This document shows, piece by piece, positions 57,693 to 64,000 of a DNA stretch of 64,000 nucleotides. Origin of the DNA: Thermodesulfobacteriota bacterium (lineage in GTDB: Bacteria > Desulfobacterota > QYQD01). The translations under genes and the position numbers were made by a program. The first letter of the stretch is position 1, and each line of letters begins with the position of its first letter. The stretch is from NCBI GenBank assembly GCA_040755415.1, contig JBFMAZ010000022.1, positions 64,650-128,649 on the forward strand, given 5' to 3'. Below the pieces are notes generated by a model. The model did no database searches. It was not told the origin of the DNA and saw nothing but the letters and a program-made list of their open reading frames with translations.

Positions 57693-57889
57693 AAAAAACC
57701 TCCGATAAAATTGAGATATTGGAGCTTCTTGCAAAAATCGTCACACCGGTGAAAACCGGTGTCCAGAGGTATCTCAAGCTGCTTAAAATTACTGGATTCC
57801 GGCTTTTGCCGGAATGACAAGAACGCCATTTACAAGACTTTTGCAAGAGCCTTATTGGATACCTTTTAACCGAAATTCCCGCCCCAGAC

Positions 57890-58115
57890 AAGCTGAAACA
57901 AATTCGAAATCCGAAGCACGAAATCCGAAACAATATCGAATCACCAAAATGAGAAATTCAAAACGAATTAGCTCTGCCGCAATTTGGGACATTATTGAAT
58001 TTGAACATTCGGATTTGTTTTGAGTTTCGATATTCGAATTTCGGATTTAAGTCACCGCACTCTGCAACTGGAACCCTGGAAGTCGGACCATTTCAAAGCG
58101 CTAAAGTGATACAAC
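57890..58115. repeat. Composite modular intergenic repeat, copy 5, inside the acs operon (arms plus flank)
   Basis: cgaaatccgaagcacgaaatccgaaacaatatcgaatcaccaaaat ... gaatttgaacattcggatttgttttgagtttcgatattcgaatttcggattt are inverted arms. caaagcgctaaagtgatac resembles caaacagctaaattgatac of copy 1. Confidence 0.8.
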
Positions 58116-58125
58116 AAATTTAATA

Positions 58126-59472
58126 TCATGCACTCCACTGCTTAAGATACGCCGGGAGGTGAGCCGCCTCCCGGGGGCCAACCAATATCTGCCAATCCGG
58201 CAGTTCCTCTTCCAGTTCACCACTCATACCCGCGAGGTACCCAGGGATAACCAGCTTACGGTGTTTTACCCGATCGGCTATGCCACACTTTTTGACAAAC
58301 ATGGCTACGGTATCGGCAGCAAATTTACCCGCAGCCCAGGCCGTAAGGACGGACAGACCCTCGGTATCCTTAATAAGCAGCCAGGAAGGAATACGGCTCG
58401 ACTCTACCTCGCCAGAAACGATAAAGTAGGTCAAAGAGAAATTGGATGTGATCAAAACCGGCGAATCTTCCCTGGGGCCTCCAATCTCATAGATCTTTTC
58501 CTCGACGGCCATAGGACGCTGGGGGTCGGTATAGATATTCAAGCTGTCTAGAAGAAGCGGAAAGACGTTATGGCCCTCCATCTCCGAGAGTACAATAATT
58601 CCTGCATATTTGGCAATAAGCATCGAGGCAATCAGGGCTTCCTTCATCTTGCTATCCGTCAATTGGCCAGGGAAGGTAATGGTAGGGAATCCCACTTGTT
58701 TAACCTTCTTGACTAAGGCCGAACGCCGGATGACTACCTGATCCTCCAGGGCCTTCTTAACGTTTGCTGGCTGGCTGTCTATCACCAGGTCCTTAAGCCC
58801 CATCCCCAGGAGCTTATCCGTAATAGCCATGACCTCATCCAGGCCGGAGCCTTTTACCGCCAGAGGGCAGGCCGACTCTTTGGCCAGATTACCCATAGCC
58901 TCTGCCGTATCTTTGGTAGCTGCATAGATAAGAGGTTTCTTATCCTTGCCAACCTTCAGGGCCTCGGCCATAACCTCCGGCTTATCGCCCATCAGGATGA
59001 TACCGGCATCCATTTGATCAATCACCCGCTTTACAAAAGTGGCAAACTTACCGGCGTCTCCGGATTCTTCTTTGAGCGCCAGCATCTGTGGACGCAGGAT
59101 CAACCCCACCCGCTCAAATTCCAGGTCTCTAAATTTAGAAAGTTTTTCATTTACTACGGAATCATCCATGGTGTCAGAAAGCATGAGAGCCAGACCTGGA
59201 GGATTCTCAAACCGCTTCTCATGCCTGAACATGACCGTCTCACCACCCAGCTTAACCGCACGGTCGCCCGTGCCAATAGTCACGGTACGGATAGGCGGCG
59301 CCGAGGCCTCGTCTATCTCTGCCCTCACATCTTCCGAGACATAAGGACAGGCAGCCAATTCGGCCTGACCAGTAGCCAGTTTCATAGCAAAAGCCAGACA
59401 GGTGGGAACCCCGCATTCGCCACAGTTTTTCTTGGGTAATTTCTTAAATATCTCTATGCCACTTAATGCCAT
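58126..59472 (-). CDS. acsC: Corrinoid iron-sulfur protein large subunit (CODH/ACS gamma subunit)
   Basis: 448 aa. The N-terminal 4Fe-4S motif is CGECGVPTCLAFAMKLATGQAELAACP. The TIM-barrel corrinoid-binding domain is present. The RBS AAGGAG lies 8 nt before the ATG. Confidence 0.9.
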   Translation of the reverse strand: MALSGIEIFKKLPKKNCGECGVPTCLAFAMKLATGQAELAACPYVSEDVRAEIDEASAPPIRTVTIGTGDRAVKLGGETVMFRHEKRFENPPGLALMLSDTMDDSVVNEKLSKFRDLEFERVGLILRPQMLALKEESGDAGKFATFVKRVIDQMDAGIILMGDKPEVMAEALKVGKDKKPLIYAATKDTAEAMGNLAKESACPLAVKGSGLDEVMAITDKLLGMGLKDLVIDSQPANVKKALEDQVVIRRSALVKKVKQVGFPTITFPGQLTDSKMKEALIASMLIAKYAGIIVLSEMEGHNVFPLLLDSLNIYTDPQRPMAVEEKIYEIGGPREDSPVLITSNFSLTYFIVSGEVESSRIPSWLLIKDTEGLSVLTAWAAGKFAADTVAMFVKKCGIADRVKHRKLVIPGYLAGMSGELEEELPDWQILVGPREAAHLPAYLKQWSA

Positions 59473-59574
59473 TCTAAAATCTCCTTTCTATGCATCAGGC
59501 CACAGATAAACGCAGATTATCAGGATGTTAAATCTTTTTCTGCGTACATCGGCGAAAATCTGCGTCCTTTTAAT

Positions 59575-61779
59575 CTAAAGTATAGATTCCATGGTGAGCG
59601 CCGGATGCCCGACCTCTTCCAAGAAGGGAAGAATCTCTTCTTCCGTAGCCCCCTTTGTCTCATCAGCGATCATATCAATCAAGTTTGGGATACCCAGTTC
59701 TTCTCCCCGCTTTCTTAATTTATCTTCCAACTCCTTCTTCAGCATCTGCGGCATCCACACCACCCGCTTTAGGCCTCCCTCGGCCAGGATGAACTTACGG
59801 CTGGCAATAAAGTGTTTGCTCACCCCCAAAAAGCCCGGGGTAACCTGCCCGCCGCCCACCATACCGGCCATAGTGGTGAATTTCATACCACTCGGCGTCA
59901 TGCCCAGATAATCACGGTTGACGATCATCACCCCGTTACAAAGGGGTAAGATGGTGGCGATGCATTCAAAACAGCCGCAGGCCGTCATCGGATCGTGGAC
60001 GAGACTGTAAGCGCTGACCGTCTGCACCTTCTGTCTGGAGGCCTTGAAAACAAATTCATCCGTTCCCTTCCACTTACCAAGGACCGGATCTATACACTCT
60101 CTCTTGGGAATAGGTTGATTGGGGCCGGTGGGGTTGATCTCATACGACGCCTTGCCATCCAGCCAATTATAAGCGCCGCACATACCGGTTCGTTCCGGAG
60201 TAATCACGCAGACATGCTGGGGAGCAAAGGATTGACAAAGGGTACAGGAATAAAAAATCTCCTCTGACTCGTCGGTCATACCTTCTACCCTCTTATCCCG
60301 GGCACTATAAACCTTGCGGGCCATCTCCATTACTTCGTCAACCTTAGCTTCGTCAGTATATATTTTTACCTGGACTTTATCTACAATGGCGCCGAATTCC
60401 TGGTGATATTTGGCATGCATTATCTTTCCCAGGTCCTTCAAACGGAATCCCTTTTCCACAGCCGCCTTGCCTACACGAAGCCACATGATGTTACGCTGTC
60501 CAATATGCATGATCCCCTGGGCATAGTTAACCAGGTGGTGAATCTGTCTCTCCAGGATAGGCTCAAAGTCCTCCTGCATCTGGCGGCCGGCCACCTCAAT
60601 GAGCATGGCAAACGGGAGCCGTGAGCCCTCCTTTACCCCATCAAGATCCGGTCCGGTCATCTCAACGTAGCCGTCTTCCACCTCGTCCATGTCGCGGCTT
60701 ATCGTCAACTCGACGCCCTTGGTCTTTCCGCCGCCGCATTCCAGATAGAGATCATCCTTCCGAATCCGTTCCCCCTCAAAGGCCGGCCCATAGGCCACGG
60801 GGATGTCTATTTTGGAAATGGTTACCTTAAGACCCCTTACCTCTACCGCCCGCTGAACAATCTCGTCGTGAGGCACATTGCTCACCACGTGTTCGTAAGT
60901 ACAGATACCAGTGGGCAATATCTCGGGTATCGGGGTATCGGCTATGGTTGGGAAGCCCCAGTTGATGGCGCCTGCCGCATTGGCATACCATTCATCAGAG
61001 ACCGGACCCAAAGGCATGGCAAAAGCAAAGACACGATTCTTGTTGTAGATCAGATTACCGCGAAAATCTCCCGGCTTAACACCACCGAAAGACATGGCCA
61101 CGCGAGTAGCAAAACCCATGGCGAAAACCGTGGCCGTATAGTCCGTACCAAAAGAGACCAGACGGGTCGGCCAGCCGATCTGTACGCCAGCCTCGACTAA
61201 CTGCTCAGACATTCTCACCCCGTTATTGTCGGAACACATGAAGACATACAGGTTTTTTTCCTGGAGTTCCCGGGCAATATTGGCCGCAATCTCTTTGTTT
61301 GGCGGAGCCCCAAGTATAGCTGCAAAACCAGGCGCCGTCCCATCGACGAATTCCACACCCCTCTTGCGCAGAATGATGTCATCAGCCGCTCCGAGCCAGA
61401 TATTGTTGGCAAGCGGATCTTCCTGCTTGGTGTAGCAATCCGGTTCTTCTAAGTACCGAATAGCCTCGATGATTTCCTCGGCAAAAAATGTGGCCATGCC
61501 GGCCTCCAAGGTCGGAGCCAGATAAGGCAGCCACACTTTATCACTGACCAGCGGCGGAAGTAAAGAATGACATTTATCCAGCACCTGTTTCATGTCGCTC
61601 AGTTTCGACACTGGTATCCCTAGAATCCCATATATGATGGGAAGATAGTAGGCAGTGTTTGGAAACCCAACCTCTTGATCCGGCCCCCACTTCTCCAGAG
61701 CCTCCGCATATTTCTTTTCGGCCCTCTCTATGATCTTATGGGCCCCTCTAATAGCTGCTGAGCAGATAATCTTAGACAC
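59575..61779 (-). CDS. acsB: Acetyl-CoA synthase catalytic subunit (A-cluster, CODH/ACS beta subunit, AcsB/CdhC)
   Basis: 734 aa with a GTG start. The A-cluster motifs are CGCFEC (MTACGCFECIA) and CGAYNWLDG. The full three-domain length of a bacterial AcsB is present. Confidence 0.92.
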   Translation of the reverse strand: MSKIICSAAIRGAHKIIERAEKKYAEALEKWGPDQEVGFPNTAYYLPIIYGILGIPVSKLSDMKQVLDKCHSLLPPLVSDKVWLPYLAPTLEAGMATFFAEEIIEAIRYLEEPDCYTKQEDPLANNIWLGAADDIILRKRGVEFVDGTAPGFAAILGAPPNKEIAANIARELQEKNLYVFMCSDNNGVRMSEQLVEAGVQIGWPTRLVSFGTDYTATVFAMGFATRVAMSFGGVKPGDFRGNLIYNKNRVFAFAMPLGPVSDEWYANAAGAINWGFPTIADTPIPEILPTGICTYEHVVSNVPHDEIVQRAVEVRGLKVTISKIDIPVAYGPAFEGERIRKDDLYLECGGGKTKGVELTISRDMDEVEDGYVEMTGPDLDGVKEGSRLPFAMLIEVAGRQMQEDFEPILERQIHHLVNYAQGIMHIGQRNIMWLRVGKAAVEKGFRLKDLGKIMHAKYHQEFGAIVDKVQVKIYTDEAKVDEVMEMARKVYSARDKRVEGMTDESEEIFYSCTLCQSFAPQHVCVITPERTGMCGAYNWLDGKASYEINPTGPNQPIPKRECIDPVLGKWKGTDEFVFKASRQKVQTVSAYSLVHDPMTACGCFECIATILPLCNGVMIVNRDYLGMTPSGMKFTTMAGMVGGGQVTPGFLGVSKHFIASRKFILAEGGLKRVVWMPQMLKKELEDKLRKRGEELGIPNLIDMIADETKGATEEEILPFLEEVGHPALTMESIL

Positions 61780-61799
61780 CTTAATTCCCCCCGTATTGT

Positions 61800-62070
61800 A
61801 AGATCAAAAAAATCCTAATCCGGATCCGCCATAGGCGGACCGGAATTTCAAATGCCAAAATCCCAAGTTCAGATCAAATCCAAATGACTATAGCGGATGT
61901 CATTAGTCAATAGTCATTTGTCACTGGTAAAAGTGGTCCATCTTTCCAACTTAACCAATGACCAATGACTAATGACCAGTGACGAGTGACGTTTTTAATT
62001 TTTGGTACTTTGACATTCATTTGAACCTTGAGCTTTGAAACTTCGAACTTCACCAACCAGAGTCTTTGCC
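61800..62070. repeat. Compound repeat inside the acs operon: an aaatcc-type arm fragment, a family C element (61875-61995) and gaac/ttcg arms
   Basis: 61875-61995 reads ccaaatgactatagcggatgtcattagtcaatagtcatttgtcactggtaaaagtg...aaccaatgaccaatgactaatgaccagtgacgagtgacg. This is the reverse complement of 34135-34235. The flanks aatcctaatccggatccgccataggcggaccggaatttcaaatgcc and tttgaaccttgagctttgaaacttcgaacttcacc are arm-like. Confidence 0.8.
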
Positions 62071-62119
62071 TTGGGATTTAGTGCTTAGCATTTTTATGCC
62101 ACTGTCTCACTCCTGAGTG

Positions 62120-63067
62120 CTACGCTGCCAGCAAATCATTAAGCATATCCTTTATGAGTGCAATAGCCTCTGGATGCCTCATAATTAAGATATCTGCACC
62201 CGCCAGCAAGAGAAGCTGTGCCGTAACGGCTTCCATCAGTACACCCCGCCTTGCCGGGTCACCCAGTTTGGGCGCCTCATCCCGGCTCTGTTTGGCCTCC
62301 TTGGTCTTCCACACCTCTTTACCCAGGTTACAAACCATCGGGAACTGCAGCCTCTCATCTTCCTGGGTCAGGGCCGCCATCCGGATACGTTCCATGACCG
62401 AGTAGCCATATTCCAGTCCGTATCCAAGGGCACCAGTGGTCGGATCGATAAGGATGCGTCCGTCCGGCACACCCAGGTTGCCAAGTAGGATGTTGAGCTG
62501 CTTGGCCAGATTTATGTCTATAGGGGTCGAGGCAATAACCGTGTGTTCATATCCAATAGCTACCGCCCCGATCTGTTTGTAGTTGGCCTCGGTCACCGGG
62601 CCGAGCATCAAGTTCCGTCCTGCGCAATCCTCGGCTATCTTTCGTAAAACCTCCATGTCTTTCTCCGCATTATTGCACCCCCATACAATCAAGGGTACGT
62701 CTATCGATTCGGCCACTTTCCTGGTTAGCGCTGCGGCTGCATCCGCAGGACGATTTTCGCCGTTGGGGTCTGTACTGACCAACTGAAGGGCAATCATCTC
62801 CGCCCCGTAGGTATCCACGCATTTCCTGGCCCAGGCCACCGGATCTGCAGCCACATCGGCAAAAGGCTCCAGGGCCGTAGGGGCCCAGTCTTCGGGCGGG
62901 CTATCATAAACCTCCATAGCGATACGTGGTTTTAAAGGCATCTGACCTTCGAAGAGGTAAAAAGGATAAGCAGTCTCCCCGCCTACCGTGATCGCCTTAT
63001 CCCCCTTACCCAGAACAATCTCTTTTATTTTCCCTGAATAAGAAACCTTTGGTATCTCTAAAGCCAT
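62120..63067 (-). CDS. acsD: Corrinoid iron-sulfur protein small subunit (CODH/ACS delta subunit)
   Basis: The TIM-barrel CdhD/AcsD family pattern is present (MALEIPKVSYSGKIKEIVLGKG...). The start ATG at 63067 follows the RBS GGGAGGG by 5 nt. The ORF-track start at 63133 would run into the upstream repeat. Confidence 0.85.
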   Translation of the reverse strand: MALEIPKVSYSGKIKEIVLGKGDKAITVGGETAYPFYLFEGQMPLKPRIAMEVYDSPPEDWAPTALEPFADVAADPVAWARKCVDTYGAEMIALQLVSTDPNGENRPADAAAALTRKVAESIDVPLIVWGCNNAEKDMEVLRKIAEDCAGRNLMLGPVTEANYKQIGAVAIGYEHTVIASTPIDINLAKQLNILLGNLGVPDGRILIDPTTGALGYGLEYGYSVMERIRMAALTQEDERLQFPMVCNLGKEVWKTKEAKQSRDEAPKLGDPARRGVLMEAVTAQLLLLAGADILIMRHPEAIALIKDMLNDLLAA

Positions 63068-63074
63068 TTTTCCC

Positions 63075-63245
63075 TCCCTCAGAAAGAATTCCGAATATCG
63101 AATATCGAAATCCGAAACAAGTCTTAAATCCAAATGTCAAATGCCCAAAACGCAATTGTTGCAACCAAGTCTTCTTCTATCATGCATTCATCTGACTCTA
63201 GGAATTTGAATTTGTTTCGAAATTCGTGCTTTGGATTTCGAATTT
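63075..63245. repeat. Composite modular intergenic repeat, arms-only copy between acsD and metF
   Basis: gaattccgaatatcgaatatcgaaatccgaaacaagtc ... gaatttgaatttgtttcgaaattcgtgctttggatttcgaatttt are inverted arms of the aaatccgaa family. Confidence 0.8.
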
Positions 63246-63249
63246 TACT

Positions 63250-64000
63250 TTACAATCCTGCTTCATCCAGTACTTGTGGTACCCGTTTCTCCCAGCCGAT
63301 GGCCATGATATGTACACCGTGGCATAGGTCCTTCATCCCCTTTACCAATCGTGCCGCTATCTCAATACTGGTCTTGACTTTGTCCTTGGTCTCCGTCATC
63401 TCCTTGATCAGGTATTCGGGAACAAAGACCCCGGCCACATTTTTGTTCATAAAGCGGGCCATGCCCGCCGACTTAAGCAGGATCACGCCCCCCAGGATCT
63501 TTGTCTTATACCCCTCCACCCGTCTCATGAACTTCGCAAAGAGGTCCAGGTCATAAATGGCCTGGGTCTGAAAAAACCGGGCGCCGGCTTCCATCTTTTT
63601 TTCCATCTTTATAATCTGTAAGTCAAGTGCGGCTTCGGTATCCGCACCCGGGTTAACCACCGCACCAGGCAAAAAAGCCGTAGCCCCCTTAAGCTCGTTT
63701 CCAGCCATGTCCGCGCCACCGTTAAGTTTGCCGATCACCTCCAGCAGACTCACCGAGTCCAGATCAAACACCGGCTTGGCCTGGGGATGATCCCCAAGGG
63801 TCGGATGATCTCCGGTGAGCGCCAGGACGTTTCTGATCCCTAGTACCCAGGCGCTGAGGAGGTCGGCCTGGAGGGCCAATCGGTTCCGGTCCCTGCAAGT
63901 CACCTGCAGGACAGGATCGATCCCCATATCTGTCAATAAGTGGCAGACGGCCAGGGAACCCAAGCGCATAACAGAACTCTGCATATCGGTCACATTAATG
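63250..64000 (-). CDS. metF: Methylenetetrahydrofolate reductase (C-terminal part; the N-terminus lies beyond the window end)
   Basis: The MTHFR TIM-barrel motifs are present: ...LQVTCRDRNR..., ...VLALTGDHP... and ...FFQTQAIYDLD.... The ORF continues to the window edge. Confidence 0.85.
   Translation of the reverse strand, partial: INVTDMQSSVMRLGSLAVCHLLTDMGIDPVLQVTCRDRNRLALQADLLSAWVLGIRNVLALTGDHPTLGDHPQAKPVFDLDSVSLLEVIGKLNGGADMAGNELKGATAFLPGAVVNPGADTEAALDLQIIKMEKKMEAGARFFQTQAIYDLDLFAKFMRRVEGYKTKILGGVILLKSAGMARFMNKNVAGVFVPEYLIKEMTETKDKVKTSIEIAARLVKGMKDLCHGVHIMAIGWEKRVPQVLDEAGL

Overview
A 64 kb window from an anaerobe that uses selenocysteine and encodes the carbonyl branch of the Wood-Ljungdahl pathway. 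Its gene content and acetyl-CoA synthase subunit architecture resemble Deltaproteobacteria/Desulfobacterota-like organisms, which is an inference. Gene order from the left is as follows. (1) A UPF0182 membrane protein and a NifS/IscS cysteine desulfurase on the minus strand. (2) A protein joining an MvhD-like domain to a winged-HTH. (3) A fused SpmA/SpmB nucleoside-recognition membrane protein. (4) A complete type I restriction-modification operon: an hsdM with an N-terminal XRE-type HTH, hsdS, a RhuM/Doc-fold gene, hsdR and a YgjP-like metallopeptidase. This is followed by sbcD and an sbcC that appears frameshifted. (5) A sugar-nucleotide cluster with a GalT-type HIT nucleotidyltransferase, a DHH/DHHA1 phosphoesterase and three tandem glgC paralogues. 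(6) A GAF/PAS histidine kinase and a REC-HisKA-HATPase-REC hybrid kinase. (7) A U32 peptidase, a GAF protein, and the cell-envelope genes mreB, suhB, yggU, divIVA and yggT, plus an M28 peptidase. (8) The APS kinase gene cysC, followed by a mosaic accessory region with a relE/abrB-type and a brnT/brnA toxin-antitoxin pair. This region also carries a 9.4 kb all-minus-strand operon: an iron-siderophore/B12-type ABC importer, a radical-SAM/SPASM protein, a TonB-dependent receptor, and a 2-hydroxyacyl-CoA-dehydratase-like subunit with its activase. It ends with two hypothetical proteins, one of which has an Hfq-like Sm domain. A duplicated cysC 3' end, a 19-mer direct repeat present three times, and a repeat element with a perfect 24-bp inverted repeat delimit this region. 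In one copy the brnTA pair sits inside that repeat element, flanked by a short duplication, so the region looks like an insertion/recombination hotspot at the cysC 3' end. (9) A formate dehydrogenase of about 1355 aa whose ORF is split by an in-frame TGA (selenocysteine) followed by a SECIS-like hairpin. It carries 2Fe-2S, GltD-like FAD/NAD and molybdopterin domains. (10) acsE, acsC, acsB, acsD and a partial metF. Most long intergenic regions, including spacers inside the acs operon, hold copies of a modular composite repeat family. Its parts are arms built on aaatccgaa-type motifs, G5/C5 hairpin blocks (cccccttttcaaaggggg) and conserved flanks. A second family of repeats with terminal inverted repeats (gtcattagtca type) is also present. 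No rRNA, tRNA or CRISPR array was found.
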